Shown here one piece after another: positions 40,979-51,798 of a stretch of 64,000 bases of DNA. The translations under genes and the position numbers were made by a program. The notes below the pieces were generated by a model. That model had not been told where the DNA came from and did no database searches. It saw nothing but the letters and a program-made list of their open reading frames with translations. The stretch is from an uncultured Gemmatimonadaceae bacterium. GTDB lineage: Bacteria; Gemmatimonadota; Gemmatimonadetes; Gemmatimonadales; Gemmatimonadaceae. Location: assembly GCA_963716745.1 (NCBI GenBank), contig OY970320.1, positions 2,816,001 through 2,880,000 on the forward strand. The letters are read 5' to 3'. Positions within the stretch are counted from its first letter, which is position 1; every line of letters starts with the position of its first letter.

Positions 40979-42061
40979 ATGACCGAATCCACCCCTACTA
41001 TAGACTGGAACAAGATGCTCGCCCCGTACCGGAATCCGGTCGGGTGGAAGAGCGCGTTCCAACTCATTAGCACCGTACTGCTCCTCGCGGCGTTCTGGTT
41101 CGGCGCGGTGTGGAGCCTCAAAGTCGGCTACTGGCTCACGCTCATCCTGAGCGTGCCGGCGGCATTCATGATCATGCGACTGTTCATGCTGCAGCACGAT
41201 TGCGGACACGGATCGTTCTTCCGGTCGCAGCGCATGAACAATCTCGTCGGCGGCGTGCTCGGCGTCGTCACGCTCGTGCCGTACGCGTACTGGCGCCGCA
41301 CGCACGCGATCCACCACGCTACGAGCGGCAATCTGGATGTGCGCGGACTCGGCGACATCGATACGCTCACCGTGCGTGAGTATCTCAGCCGCTCACGGTA
41401 CAAGCGCGTTCTGTATCGCATGTACCGGCACCCCACCGTGCTGCTGCTGGTGGGTCCGACGTGGCAGTTCATCCTCAAGCACCGCATGCCGCTCGACATC
41501 CCGCGCGGCTGGAAGCGCGAGATCATCGGCGTGCAGATCACCAACCTTGCGCTGTTCGGTCTCATCGCGCTGATGTGGTGGCAGTTCGGGATCGTGAACT
41601 TCCTCAAGGTGCAGCTGCCGATCACGCTCGTGGCGGGATCGATCGGCGTGTTCCTCTTCTATGTGCAGCATCAGTACGAGGACACGTACTGGCGCTATCG
41701 CGAGAAGTGGAATTATTACGCCGCCGGCCTCGAGGGTGCGTCGCACCTCACGATGCCCAGGTTCTTCCAGTGGTGCACGGCGAGCATCGGCCTGCATCAC
41801 ATCCATCACATCGCGAGCCGCATCCCGAACTACGAATTGCAGCGCGCGTACGACGAGAATCCCGAACTGCGCAACGTGACGAAACTGTCGCTCTGGAAGA
41901 GCATCACGACGCTGCGCCTCACGCTGTGGGACGAGGATTCGGGGAAGCTGGTGGGGTTCCGGGATCTCCGCGCGATCAGGGACAGGATCGCGAAGGAGAT
42001 CGCTGCGGGCTCCGCGATCCTCGCGACCAAGCCGGAGGCGGTGCCGGTCTCCTGGCGGTAG
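40979..42061 (+). CDS. Membrane fatty acid desaturase
   Basis: Three His boxes HDCGH, HAIHH and HHIHH. Confidence 0.92.
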   Translation: MTESTPTIDWNKMLAPYRNPVGWKSAFQLISTVLLLAAFWFGAVWSLKVGYWLTLILSVPAAFMIMRLFMLQHDCGHGSFFRSQRMNNLVGGVLGVVTLVPYAYWRRTHAIHHATSGNLDVRGLGDIDTLTVREYLSRSRYKRVLYRMYRHPTVLLLVGPTWQFILKHRMPLDIPRGWKREIIGVQITNLALFGLIALMWWQFGIVNFLKVQLPITLVAGSIGVFLFYVQHQYEDTYWRYREKWNYYAAGLEGASHLTMPRFFQWCTASIGLHHIHHIASRIPNYELQRAYDENPELRNVTKLSLWKSITTLRLTLWDEDSGKLVGFRDLRAIRDRIAKEIAAGSAILATKPEAVPVSWR

Positions 42062-42082
42062 AGTACTGCTGAGCAAGCCCGC

Positions 42083-42122
42083 AATGGCCGCGAACACTCA
42101 ACGTTCGCGGCCATTTGTTTTT
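42083..42122 (+). terminator. Intrinsic terminator
   Basis: AATGGCCGCGAAC / GTTCGCGGCCATT 13-bp stem followed by TGTTTTT. Confidence 0.8.
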
Positions 42123-42142
42123 GTCGTATTTCCCAAGAAAGG

Positions 42143-42223
42143 CTTTGACATGATTAACATGATTATCATGATTGGGACTGCGTGAGTCGTTCCATCATGT
42201 GAATCATGTTAATCCTGTCAAAG
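42143..42223. repeat. Nonamer-periodic inverted repeat, three units per arm
   Basis: CTTT-GACATGATT-AACATGATT-ATCATGATT ... CATCATGTG-AATCATGTT-AATCCTGTC-AAAG. Confidence 0.9.
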
Positions 42224-42259
42224 TAGTCGTTGCGATCCCCGATCATACCTGGAGCCCGA

Positions 42260-43069
42260 ATGAGCCCCGAGATCCCCGGAAAGACTCCCGTTGTCTTCAT
42301 CCACGGTCTCTGGCTCCACGGGGTGTCCTGGAAGAACTGGATCGAGTATTTCGGCCAGAAGGGTTATGACGCGTCCGCCGCGAAGTGGCCAGGCGATGGC
42401 GAGACGACACAGGCCACGCGCCTGAATCCAACGGCGGTGGCCGGCTACGGGGTGTCGCAGATCGCGGACCATATCGCGGGACAGCTCACCAAGTTCGGCC
42501 GCAAGCCGATCGTGATCGGCCATTCCTTCGGCGGGTTGCTCGCGCAGAACCTGCTGGGTCGTGACCTCGCCGCGGCCGCCATCGCGATCGACCCCGCGCC
42601 GATCCAGGGCGTCTGGCAACTGCCGCTCTCGGCGCTCAAGGCGGCATTCCCCGCGCTCGGGAATCCGCTGAACTACGGAAAGGCCGTGTCGCTCACCGCA
42701 GCACAGTTCCGTTATGCATTCACGAACGCGCTACCCGAAGCCGAGGCAAAGGATTTATACGCGAAGTACAACATGCCGTCGCCGGCGCGTCCGCTCTTCC
42801 AGGCGGCCACCGCGGCGTTCAATCCATGGTCGGCCACGAAGGTCAACACCGCCAACGCGAAGCGGGGGCCGCTCCTGATCACCGCCGGTCTCGAGGATCA
42901 CACCGTGCCGCCGGTGCTCTCGCACAGCACGCAGCACCGCTACCGTCATTCGGCGGCGGTCACGGAATTGAAGGAATTTGCGGGGCGCGGGCATTCGCTC
43001 ACGATCGACAGTGGATGGCGCGAGGTGGCCGATGCGTGCCTCGCGTGGCTCAAGGCCAAGCAGCTGTGA
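42260..43069 (+). CDS. Alpha/beta hydrolase
   Basis: FIHGLW, nucleophile elbow GHSFGG, DHTVP and GRGHSL. Confidence 0.88.
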   Translation: MSPEIPGKTPVVFIHGLWLHGVSWKNWIEYFGQKGYDASAAKWPGDGETTQATRLNPTAVAGYGVSQIADHIAGQLTKFGRKPIVIGHSFGGLLAQNLLGRDLAAAAIAIDPAPIQGVWQLPLSALKAAFPALGNPLNYGKAVSLTAAQFRYAFTNALPEAEAKDLYAKYNMPSPARPLFQAATAAFNPWSATKVNTANAKRGPLLITAGLEDHTVPPVLSHSTQHRYRHSAAVTELKEFAGRGHSLTIDSGWREVADACLAWLKAKQL

Positions 43070-44181
43070 TCGCGCCGCGCCGCCGGAAAGGGAAGGACCT
43101 CCGCGCCGAGCGGATCGCCGCGTCGCCGCGGTTCAACGGGCGTGTGTTCGTGAACACGCAGCACGTGTCGTCGGGGTTCAAGAAGGGCGTCGAGCGCCCG
43201 ACGCTGCGTGAATTCCTCTGCGCCACCGAGCCGCGCATCCCCGCGGGTGAGTTCCCGCTGGTCGATCCGGCGCCATACTGGGCGAAGAAGAGTGACAGCG
43301 GCCTGCGCGTCACCTGGCTCGGCCATTCGACGCTGCTCATCGAGATCGATGGCATTCGCGTGCTCACCGATCCGGTATGGGGCAACCGCGCGTCGCCGCT
43401 CCCCTTTGCGGGACCCAAGCGGTTCCACCCGCCGCCGGCGCCGCTCGCGGCGCTCCCGCCGCTCGATGCGGTGCTCATCTCGCACGATCACTACGATCAT
43501 CTCGACCGTGGCACCATTCGCGCGCTCGCGCGCATGGGCACGTCGTTCATCACATCGCTGGGCGTTGGCGCGCATCTGGAGCGTTGGGGTGTTCCGCCGA
43601 AGCGGATCACGGAACTCGATTGGTGGGAGCACGTGGATGTCCGCGGCGTGAAGATCACCGCCGGCCCGGCCCAGCATTTCTCCGGACGCGGCATCAAGGA
43701 TCGCAACTCGACGCTCTGGTCGTCGTTCCATTTGCGCGGGCCCAAGCACTCGTTCTTCTTCGGCGCCGACAGCGGGCTCACACCGGACTACCTCGAGATC
43801 GCGAAACGCCTCGGGCCGTTCGACGCGGTGGCGCTCGAGATCGGCGCGTTCCATCCGTCGTGGGGCGACATCCACATGGGCCCCGCGAATGCAGTGAAGG
43901 CGTACGGAATGCTGGGCAGCGGCGCCTTCCTCCCCATCCACTGGGGGACGTTCAACCTCGCGGTGCATGCGTGGGATGAGCCGCCCGAGGTGATCGTGCG
44001 TCTCGCGCCGGCCGCCGGCGCGCCGCTCGTCATGCCCAGGCTCGGCCAGCCCATCGAGCCGACACGCGAGCGCATCGTGGATAAATGGTGGCGCACCGTC
44101 GCATCCAAGCGTGCGCGCGTGGCGCCAGACGAGGTGGATGAACGGAAGGGCGAATTGCCGCTGGAGTGGCTGCCGGACTAA
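43066..44181 (+). CDS. MBL-fold metallo-hydrolase (NAPE-PLD/RomA-like)
   Basis: WLGHST, TDPVW, SHDHYDHLD, AQHFSGR and PIHWGTF. Confidence 0.88.
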   Translation: MIAPRRRKGKDLRAERIAASPRFNGRVFVNTQHVSSGFKKGVERPTLREFLCATEPRIPAGEFPLVDPAPYWAKKSDSGLRVTWLGHSTLLIEIDGIRVLTDPVWGNRASPLPFAGPKRFHPPPAPLAALPPLDAVLISHDHYDHLDRGTIRALARMGTSFITSLGVGAHLERWGVPPKRITELDWWEHVDVRGVKITAGPAQHFSGRGIKDRNSTLWSSFHLRGPKHSFFFGADSGLTPDYLEIAKRLGPFDAVALEIGAFHPSWGDIHMGPANAVKAYGMLGSGAFLPIHWGTFNLAVHAWDEPPEVIVRLAPAAGAPLVMPRLGQPIEPTRERIVDKWWRTVASKRARVAPDEVDERKGELPLEWLPD

Positions 44182-44639
44182 TGCCGATCTCGCACGCGCG
44201 CCGCCGTGCGATCGCGGCCGGATCGCTGACGGCGGGCGGCATCTTCCTGTTCGCAGCCGCGGCGTTCCATCTGTTCGCTGCGTCGCACATTCCGGAGATC
44301 CTCGCACGCGCGCTCGAGCCGAGGGTCTACGGGTTCCTCGAGCCGATCGTCTCCTTCACTTTCCTGCTCAACGCCGTCCTGCTCATCCCGCTGGCGTTCA
44401 GCACTCTGGCGTGCGCAGCGGGCATCCGGCGCGGCTCGGCGTGGCCGCGCTGGATCTCGCTGGCGAACGCGCTCACGGTGCTGGCGCTGCCGGTGCTCAT
44501 CGCCCGCACCATGGGGCTCCGCTACTTCTCGGATGCGCCACTATTCGTCGCGGGCGCAGCCTCGGTTACGGTGGCGGGGCTCGTGATGCTCGTGCCGTTG
44601 CTTTGGGCGTGGCGGGACATTGGTGCGGTGGCGGGGTAG
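44181..44639 (+). CDS. Membrane protein of unknown function
   Basis: Four hydrophobic segments; ATG overlaps the upstream TAA. Confidence 0.55.
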   Translation: MPISHARRRAIAAGSLTAGGIFLFAAAAFHLFAASHIPEILARALEPRVYGFLEPIVSFTFLLNAVLLIPLAFSTLACAAGIRRGSAWPRWISLANALTVLALPVLIARTMGLRYFSDAPLFVAGAASVTVAGLVMLVPLLWAWRDIGAVAG

Positions 44640-44684
44640 ATTCCTGTCGATGCCGCATGACCCTGTCGCTCGAGGCTCCAGCTC

Positions 44685-45470
44685 ATGATCCGCTCGTTCG
44701 CATTGGTGTTGTTCGCGTTCCTGGCCATAGGCGCTCCGGTGTCGGGCGACGTGCAGCTCACGGGCGCCGGCTTGCACACGCAGACGTTCTCGGGGCTGCT
44801 CACGCGCTCTGTGCTCGCGGCGTGGCCCGAGACGCGCGCACAGTTGTGCGCCGAGCTCGCCGCGGAGATCGAGAATCCGAAGAACTATCCGCCCGTGATC
44901 AAGTCGCCGGCCGGCGACATTCCGATGACCGTGCATCCGAAGATCACGAGCTGCACCATCGGGCCGTCCATCGTCGCGACCGGATGGATCGTTGGCGACA
45001 CGATCCACATCGCGTACGACGTCGCTGGGAACAGCCTCGCCGGGAGGGCGGACGGCATCGTGGGACCGATCTCTATGGTGCCGGCGCAGGCGGCGGGCGC
45101 TGACTACACGGCGACCTTCGACATGAACGTGATCGTCACCGCGCTCGTTCCGCCGCCGGGCATGCCGCTCGACGTGCATGCGGTCACCGCGGGCTGGCAC
45201 AACGTGAAGCCCACGCTCACCCTGCGCGGATCGCCGCTCGTGACGACCATCCTCAACCCGATGCTTCCCAATGCGCTCTCGGGGATCGAGCGATCGCGCT
45301 TGAACTTGCCGCAATTCCGGGAACGCGTCACGCCGTCGCTCACGGCGCTGAACGCGGCGCTGATGAAGGTGAACCCCAAGAGCTACGGCTACTATAGTGT
45401 GGCATTCGAGGGTGCGGGCGCGCAGTCGCTCGTGTTCCATGCGATGAAGGGAGCGGCCACCGGAAAGTGA
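44685..45470 (+). CDS. Secreted hypothetical protein
   Basis: Signal peptide; no recognisable motif. Confidence 0.55.
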   Translation: MIRSFALVLFAFLAIGAPVSGDVQLTGAGLHTQTFSGLLTRSVLAAWPETRAQLCAELAAEIENPKNYPPVIKSPAGDIPMTVHPKITSCTIGPSIVATGWIVGDTIHIAYDVAGNSLAGRADGIVGPISMVPAQAAGADYTATFDMNVIVTALVPPPGMPLDVHAVTAGWHNVKPTLTLRGSPLVTTILNPMLPNALSGIERSRLNLPQFRERVTPSLTALNAALMKVNPKSYGYYSVAFEGAGAQSLVFHAMKGAATGK

Positions 45471-45474
45471 TGAC

Positions 45475-46023
45475 GTGGCGCTGACCTCCACGATGTTCAC
45501 CTTCGACGTGGCGCTCAGCCACGTCGACCGCGGCGTGTACGAGAGTCTCGTCATCAAGGCCGCGCAGCATCCATCGGAATCTGAGGAATTCCTCGCGACG
45601 CGCGTGCTCGCGTATTGCCTGGAGTACGCCGAAGGGATCGCGTTCTCGAAGGGGCTGAGCGAACCGGATGAACCGGCGATCGTGATCCGCGATCTCACAG
45701 GTGCACTGAAAGCGTGGATCGAGGTCGGCGCGCCGGACGCCGCGCGATTGCACAAGGCGAGCAAGGCGAGTCCGCGCGTGGCGGTGTATACGCACAAGGA
45801 TCCGCGTCTTTTCTTGCGCGCGTTCGAGGGAGAGCGGATCCACCGTGCCGAGTCGGTGGAGCTGTACGCGATAGACCGCGCGCTGCTCGACGAGTTCGTG
45901 CGCCGTCTCGACCGCCGGATGAAGTTCTCGCTCACGGTGACCGACGGCTCGCTCTACCTCGATCTGGACGGCGATTCTATCGCCGGTTCGATCGAGCGGC
46001 TCTCTTTGGCGGCGCCGGCCTGA
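45475..46023 (+). CDS. YaeQ family protein
   Basis: AQHPSES...RVLAY...FSKGLSEPDEPA...WIEVGAPD. Confidence 0.9.
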   Translation: MALTSTMFTFDVALSHVDRGVYESLVIKAAQHPSESEEFLATRVLAYCLEYAEGIAFSKGLSEPDEPAIVIRDLTGALKAWIEVGAPDAARLHKASKASPRVAVYTHKDPRLFLRAFEGERIHRAESVELYAIDRALLDEFVRRLDRRMKFSLTVTDGSLYLDLDGDSIAGSIERLSLAAPA

Positions 46024-46979
46024 TGTTCGCCGCGGGCAGGGCGGCCCTGACGTTGTTGTTCGCGCTGTCTGCGCTCGGCACGCCTTCGGACAACGCGCCG
46101 CACACGCGCCGATTCGTCGAGGTGAACGGCGCGCGATTGGAGCTGCTCGACTTCGGCGGCCACGGTCCACTGATGATCTTCCTGCCCGGATTCCGGAACA
46201 CGGCGCACGTGTTCGACGATCTCGCGCCGGAGTTCACCGACCGATTCCATGTGGTGGCGCTCACGCCGCGCGGGATCCCCGTGTCCGGTGCGCCCGATTC
46301 GGGGTACACGATCGCGCAACTCGCGGCCGACGTGCACACGCTCCTCGACTCGCTCGGCGTTCATTCAGCGATCCTCGCGGGCCACTCGATCGCCGGCGCC
46401 ATCATGACGCGCTTCGGCGAGGCATATCCCGCGCAGCTCACCGCGGCCATCTATCTCAATGCGTCGTTCGACTACGCATCGGCAGCGCGCCGCGGAGCAC
46501 GGCCCGGCCGGCCAGTCCCGGTTGATGCCGCGAGCCCGGCGTTCGAACGCTGGGCGCGCCTCTATACCGACGCGTCGTGGTCTCCGTCGGTGAGAGACGC
46601 GGCGCGGTCGGACGCTGCGGCGTGGGGCATCGATTCCGCCGACGTCGCGCGACGGCTCGCGCTCACCGAGCCGCTGCGCACCGAGGTCCGCTCGCACCCG
46701 CATGAGCCGTGGCGCAACCCCACGCCGTCGCTCGCGCTCTGCTCCATTCGCGGCGTCGATCGCGCGATCGGCTGGCTCACGCCCGACTCCGCGCGATGGG
46801 CCGACGCGAAGCGCTTCTACGATGACGATGTGAAGGAGCAGCGCGCCGAGTGCTTCCGGTTCGCGCAGCGTTCACACAACGCGACCGTGATCGAAGTCGA
46901 CAGCGGGCACTATGTGTTCTTCGATCAGCGCGATCTCGTGGTGTTGGAGATGCGCGCCTTCCTGTTGCCCTTCAAATAG
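46023..46979 (+). CDS. Secreted alpha/beta hydrolase
   Basis: Signal peptide, GHSIAG and GHYVF. Confidence 0.8.
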   Translation: MFAAGRAALTLLFALSALGTPSDNAPHTRRFVEVNGARLELLDFGGHGPLMIFLPGFRNTAHVFDDLAPEFTDRFHVVALTPRGIPVSGAPDSGYTIAQLAADVHTLLDSLGVHSAILAGHSIAGAIMTRFGEAYPAQLTAAIYLNASFDYASAARRGARPGRPVPVDAASPAFERWARLYTDASWSPSVRDAARSDAAAWGIDSADVARRLALTEPLRTEVRSHPHEPWRNPTPSLALCSIRGVDRAIGWLTPDSARWADAKRFYDDDVKEQRAECFRFAQRSHNATVIEVDSGHYVFFDQRDLVVLEMRAFLLPFK

Positions 46980-46991
46980 CCCGGAGCCAAC

Positions 46992-47456
46992 ATGACATAT
47001 GGACGGCTGCTGCTCAGCGGTGTAGGGGCGACTTTGGTCTACTATGTGCTCGGATTCCTGCTCAATGGATTCTGGCTCAAGAACGAATTCCCGCCGTACA
47101 AGGCACTCTTCCGTACGCAGGAAGACATCATGCGACGCATGCCGGTTGGCATGCTGGGCACGCTGCTCGCGGGCGTGGTGCTCAGCGCGCTCTTCGCGAA
47201 GTTCTATGGCGGCGGCGTCGCGTGGTTCGAAGGTGCGCGATTCGGTGCATTGGTCGGTGCGCTCATGATCGGCACGCACGTCGCGGAGAACTTCGTGACG
47301 ATGCCGTTCGGAGCGGTCTTCACGCTGAAGCTCGCGATCGGCGGGATGATCCAATGGATCGCCGTGGGTGTCGCGATCGCCGCCGTCTGCGTGCCCGCGT
47401 TGGTCGCGGTCGAGATGAAGATGGCTGCTGTCTCTCTTTCCCAGGTTCTTCAGTGA
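46992..47456 (+). CDS. Membrane protein (DUF1761-like)
   Basis: Four TM segments; EGARFG. Confidence 0.55.
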   Translation: MTYGRLLLSGVGATLVYYVLGFLLNGFWLKNEFPPYKALFRTQEDIMRRMPVGMLGTLLAGVVLSALFAKFYGGGVAWFEGARFGALVGALMIGTHVAENFVTMPFGAVFTLKLAIGGMIQWIAVGVAIAAVCVPALVAVEMKMAAVSLSQVLQ

Positions 47457-47854
47457 TCACTCGTGTCAGCGGCGCATTCGACGTGAAGCTCGCACCCGTG
47501 GCGATGCCGGACGACATCACGAACGTCATCGGTCGCATGTCGCTCGACAAGAAATATCATGGCGCGCTCGACGCGACCGGCCGCGGCGAGATGACGAGCG
47601 CCATGGGGCACGTGAAGGGGTCGGGCGCGTACGTGGCAGTGGAATACGTAAACGGCATGCTCGACGGCAAGACCGGCGCCTTCGTGCTGCATCACGTGGG
47701 CGTGATGGACCGCGGTGAGCAATCGCTGGTGATCAAGGTGGTTCCCGACTCCGGCACGGGCGGGCTCGCGGGGATCTCGGGAACGATGATCATCCGGATC
47801 GAGGGCGGGAAACACTTCTACGACTTCGACTACGAGATCGCGACGGCGAAATGA
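47453..47854 (+). CDS. DUF3224 family protein
   Basis: GAFDVKL, GAYVAVE...LDGKTGAFVLHH and VVPDSGTG. Confidence 0.85.
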   Translation: MITRVSGAFDVKLAPVAMPDDITNVIGRMSLDKKYHGALDATGRGEMTSAMGHVKGSGAYVAVEYVNGMLDGKTGAFVLHHVGVMDRGEQSLVIKVVPDSGTGGLAGISGTMIIRIEGGKHFYDFDYEIATAK

Positions 47855-47893
47855 TGGGCGGAACCGAAACCACGACTCGGGAGTAACTTTCCC

Positions 47894-49135
47894 ATGATGA
47901 TCTTCGTGCTCGCGCTCCTCGGCGGCCTGCTCACGATCCTCAGCCCCTGCGTGCTGCCGATCGTACCGATCGCGTTCTCGAACGCCGGCCGGTCGCGCCT
48001 CGAGCGGGTGCTCATGTTCACGGGGCTCACGGTCACGTTCGCATTGCTCGCGACCGCCGCCACACTGAGCGCCGGATGGATCGCCGCCGCGAGTGAAGGC
48101 GCGCGCTGGATCGCGCTCGTCTTCCTGGCGCTCGTTGCGCTCACCCTCATCTCGGAGCGCGCCGCCACGGTGCTCACGCGGCCATTCGTGCGGCTCGGAG
48201 CAGGGATGGACAGCGCGGCGCGCCGCACCGGCGGACGTACCGCGGCGCTGCTCACCGGTTCCGCGATCGGACTGCTGTGGGCGCCGTGCGCCGGTCCCAT
48301 CCTCGCGCTGCTCATCGTCGGCGGACGCGCCACCGGCAACACCGCGATGACGCTCGCGTTGCTCGTGGCCTTCGGACTCGGCGCGAGTGCGGCGCTCGCG
48401 GTGGTGCTCTTCGCTGGCCAGCGCCTCATGAACATGCTGCGTCGCAGTCTCGCGGCGGACCGCATCGTACGCGTATCCCTCGGCGTGATCGCGCTCGCGG
48501 CCGTGGTCGCGATCGCGCTCGGTTGGGACAAGACGTTCCTGGCGAAGGGCGACTTCATCCGAACGGCGGCCGGTGAGGAACTGCTAGTGAAGCGTTTCGG
48601 AAAGGCGCCGAGCGAAGCGAGCGTGCTCGGAGAGTCACTCGATGGCATCGTCGTTACGCCTGCGCCGGCGCTGCAGGATGAGGGCGCGATGCCGCCGTTC
48701 CCCGCCGGCTACGAGTGGATCAACTCCGGCGCACTCACGGCCGACTCACTGAAGGGGAGAGTCGTGATGGTCGAGTTCTGGGCGTTCGAGTGCATCAATT
48801 GCCTGAACGCGCTGCCGCACGTGCTCGATCTGTACGACGATTACAAAGCGCAGGGCTTCGTCGTGATCGGCGTGCACACGCCGGAGCTACCGCGGGAGCG
48901 CATCCCCGCGAACGTGCATCAGGCGGTGAAGGATCTGGGCATCACGTATCCGGTGGTCATCGATCCGAACTACGACATCTGGCACGCCTGGAACAACCAA
49001 TATTGGCCGGCGGCGTATTTCGTTGACGCGAAGGGGCGGGTGAGGTATCACCACTTCGGGGAAGGGAAGTACGAGGAACAAGACGCGGTTGTTCGCAAAT
49101 TACTGGCTGAAGCGCGGGACGCCGCGAAGAAGTAA
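47894..49135 (+). CDS. DipZ-like CcdA/DsbD TM domain plus thioredoxin fusion
   Basis: LSPCVLP and WAPCAGP in the TM part; CINC, GVHTPE and YWPA in the thioredoxin part. Confidence 0.88.
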   Translation: MMIFVLALLGGLLTILSPCVLPIVPIAFSNAGRSRLERVLMFTGLTVTFALLATAATLSAGWIAAASEGARWIALVFLALVALTLISERAATVLTRPFVRLGAGMDSAARRTGGRTAALLTGSAIGLLWAPCAGPILALLIVGGRATGNTAMTLALLVAFGLGASAALAVVLFAGQRLMNMLRRSLAADRIVRVSLGVIALAAVVAIALGWDKTFLAKGDFIRTAAGEELLVKRFGKAPSEASVLGESLDGIVVTPAPALQDEGAMPPFPAGYEWINSGALTADSLKGRVVMVEFWAFECINCLNALPHVLDLYDDYKAQGFVVIGVHTPELPRERIPANVHQAVKDLGITYPVVIDPNYDIWHAWNNQYWPAAYFVDAKGRVRYHHFGEGKYEEQDAVVRKLLAEARDAAKK

Positions 49136-49151
49136 GAGCCAGTCAACGGCA

Positions 49152-49200
49152 GGCTGTCGTGCTGTCGGCTGTTGCCGGCGACAGCCAACAGCCGACAGCC
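49152..49200. repeat. Heptad-periodic inverted repeat (GGCTGTC/GACAGCC)
   Basis: GGCTGTCGTGCTGTCGGCTGTTGCC / GCGACAGCCAACAGCCGACAGCC between convergent stops; a solo arm is at 57802-57828. Confidence 0.85.
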
Positions 49201-49206
49201 CGCCGT

Positions 49207-50870
49207 TCAGTTCCTCTGCACCTTCACATAGAAATTCTCATCCACCGTGAAGGCGTCGGGCGCGTCGAGCTTCACGGGCGTCGTCTGCCACTCCGCGGTC
49301 GGCTTGATCCACCCGTACTTCGCGTCGCTCAGCGTGACGCGCAGCGGCATCGCGAAGCCGGGCACGACGTTCGTCCAACGGTACTTCAGTTCGCCGTTCG
49401 CGATGCTGTACTCGAATACCGGCACCATCGTGGTGCGCAGGTACTGGTCGAAGATCTTCGAAAGATCGACGCCGGTGTGGGCGCTCATGTAGCTCTCGAT
49501 CTGCGCCGTGGTGACCGTCTGGTGATAGAAGGTGGACTGCAGCCCGCGCAGCGTCGCGCGCCAGACTGAATCGTTGTTCACCACCTGACGGATGGTGTGC
49601 AGTACGTTGCCGCCCTTGTAGTACGTGTCGAGCGGGCCGCCGCGGTTCACGCCATAGTGTCCGTTGATGATCGGTGCGTCGTTCTTGATGAGCAGACGCG
49701 TGCCGCGCTGGTACTCCGCGCCGGCCGCCTCTCCCATACAGACATTCGGTGTAGAGCGCCTCGGAGTAGTTCGCGAAGCTCTCGTGGATCCATTCGTCCG
49801 CGCCGTCCTTGGCGGTGATGCTGTTCCCCCACCACTCGTGCGCGCTCTCGTGCACGATGATGAAATCCCACTTGGTGCCCCAGCCCGTCGCCGAGAGATC
49901 ACGCGTGCGGTAGCCGTTCGTGTAGCCGTTCCCATAGGCGGTGCCGCTCTGATGCTCCATGCCGAGGTGCGGCGCCTCGACGAGCTTGTAGCCATCCTCG
50001 TAGAAGGGATACGGCCCGAACCAGTATTCGAAGCACCGCATCATGGTGACGGCCTGCTTGAACTGCACGCGCGCAGTGTCGAGGTGATAGGCGAGGGGCC
50101 AGAAGTCCATCGTGAGCGGGCCTTTCTCGCCCCAGTACAGATCGCTGAAGTGCGCGTACTGTCCGGCGTTGATCTCCACGTCGTAATTGTTGATCGGGCT
50201 CACGACGAACCACTCGTAGGTGGTGGTTCCGTCGGCGTGATGTGCGATGGAGCGCAGGCGGCCATTCGACACGTCGAACATCGAATCGGGCACGGTGATG
50301 GCAATGCGCTGGCTGTCGGGCTCGTCGGCGGCGTAATCCTTGTTGGGCCACCAGACGCTGGCGCCGAGCCCTTGGTTCGCGGTGGCGGTCCAGCGATTGC
50401 CGAGCGAGTCGTGCTGCCAGATGAGTCCGCCATCCCACGGCGGGCGTTTGGCGGCGCGCGGCTTGCCGTGGAAGTACACGGCGATCGTTCCGGTCGAGCC
50501 GCTCTTGGGCGTGCCGGGGAGCGTGACGAAGAACGCGTTGCCGTCGCGCCGGGAGGTGAGACGCTTGCCCATCATCAGTGATGCTGTCGATCTCGAGCGG
50601 CACTTGGAGATCGATCTGCATCTGCTCCTTCTTCAGGTTCGGCGCCGAGAGCACGCGGTAGGTGATGCCGTTCCACCCGCTGATCGAGCTGTCGGCCGGA
50701 TGCACCGTGACGTGCAGATCGTAGAACGTCGCGTCCCACCACGCGCGCTGCGGGGTGTTCGATCCGCGCAGCGTGTCGGCGTGCGTGAAGAGCGTGTCGC
50801 GCTGGGCGGAGGCGGTGCGAGCCGTCGCGAACGCGACAGCGGCGGCGAGCAGCAGACGAGATGGGCGCAT
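49207..50870 (-). CDS. Secreted M1-family zinc aminopeptidase, frameshifts near 49740 and 50575
   Basis: GMEHQ, HESAHEWWGN (HExxH), WIHESF and YYKG; signal peptide in ORF 49899..50870. Confidence 0.88.
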
Positions 50871-51005
50871 GCGTGAGGTTGGGCCGGTGTGAGGGTCGGG
50901 AGAAGTTAGCGTTTCGTCTGCGACCAGCGCATTGTGCTACGCCTCTCCGAATCGTATTTTCGCCCTCGTTAGAGCAGTTGCGATTCCCACAGCTAAGGAG
51001 ATTCG

Positions 51006-51785
51006 ATGCGCTCGTACCAGCTCGCCGCGCTCGCGGTCGTACTCACCGCGTGCGCGAAGAAAGAAGTCGCGATGGTGGACGTGAAGGGAGAATGCACCGA
51101 TTTCAACAAGGCGCAGGTCTGCACGTGGACGCGCACGCGGAGTGACACGGTGATCGAGGCCGGCGCCACGGTGCCGCTCGCGAGCATCGAGAACGCGCCG
51201 AAGACGGCGCCAATGACCTGGCCGCCGGTGTCGGAGTCGTCGCCCCAGATGCCCGCGGGTTCGCAGGCACAGACCGGATTCTCCGGTATCACCACGTTCT
51301 GGGAACCGGACGGTCATCCGCCGGGCCCGTATCTCACGCCGCACTTCGATTTCCATTTCAATCTGATCAGCCCCGAGGAAGTCGCGGCCATCGATTGCAA
51401 GGATCTCTCCAAGCCCGCCGCGCTGCCGCAGGGATACCAGCTCCCCGACGTGCCCCTGCCGCCGCCGGTCGCCAAGATGCTGAAAGTCGATACGCTCGTG
51501 GGCCTCTGCGTGCCGTCAATGGGCATGCACTCTATGCTCGGCACCGAGCTCGCGAGTACGACGCCGTTCAATGGCTCCATGGTAGTCGGGTACTACAAGG
51601 GCAAGCCGATCTTCATCGAACCGATGCTCTCGAAGACGATGCTCATGGAGAAGAAATCGTTCGACCTCGCGGTCCCGGCGATCCCGGGCCTCGCGGGGCC
51701 GTACCCGCACACGTTCCACGCGGCGTACGATTCCACGGCGAATGCGTACCGCTTCGTGTTCTCGGGGTTTGCGGCAGGGAAGTGA
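51006..51785 (+). CDS. Lipoprotein with His-rich motifs (DUF5602-like)
   Basis: AAGGAG RBS, lipobox LTAC, WEPDGHPP, PHFDFHF, VPSMGMH and IFIEPM. Confidence 0.65.
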   Translation: MRSYQLAALAVVLTACAKKEVAMVDVKGECTDFNKAQVCTWTRTRSDTVIEAGATVPLASIENAPKTAPMTWPPVSESSPQMPAGSQAQTGFSGITTFWEPDGHPPGPYLTPHFDFHFNLISPEEVAAIDCKDLSKPAALPQGYQLPDVPLPPPVAKMLKVDTLVGLCVPSMGMHSMLGTELASTTPFNGSMVVGYYKGKPIFIEPMLSKTMLMEKKSFDLAVPAIPGLAGPYPHTFHAAYDSTANAYRFVFSGFAAGK

Positions 51786-51798
51786 CTAACTGCAACTG

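Noticed and set aside
6554..42223. CRISPR array from the recurring 18-27 nt repeats
   Set aside because: Copies are inverted pairs dispersed over tens of kb, not direct repeats with unique spacers; no cas genes.
1842..49135. Integron cassette array (many short co-oriented genes, palindromes after stops, GTTAGAC at 3856/3868)
   Set aside because: No integrase is present. Most genes overlap or abut with no room for attC sites, and the palindromes lack matched RYYYAAC...GTTRRRY ends.
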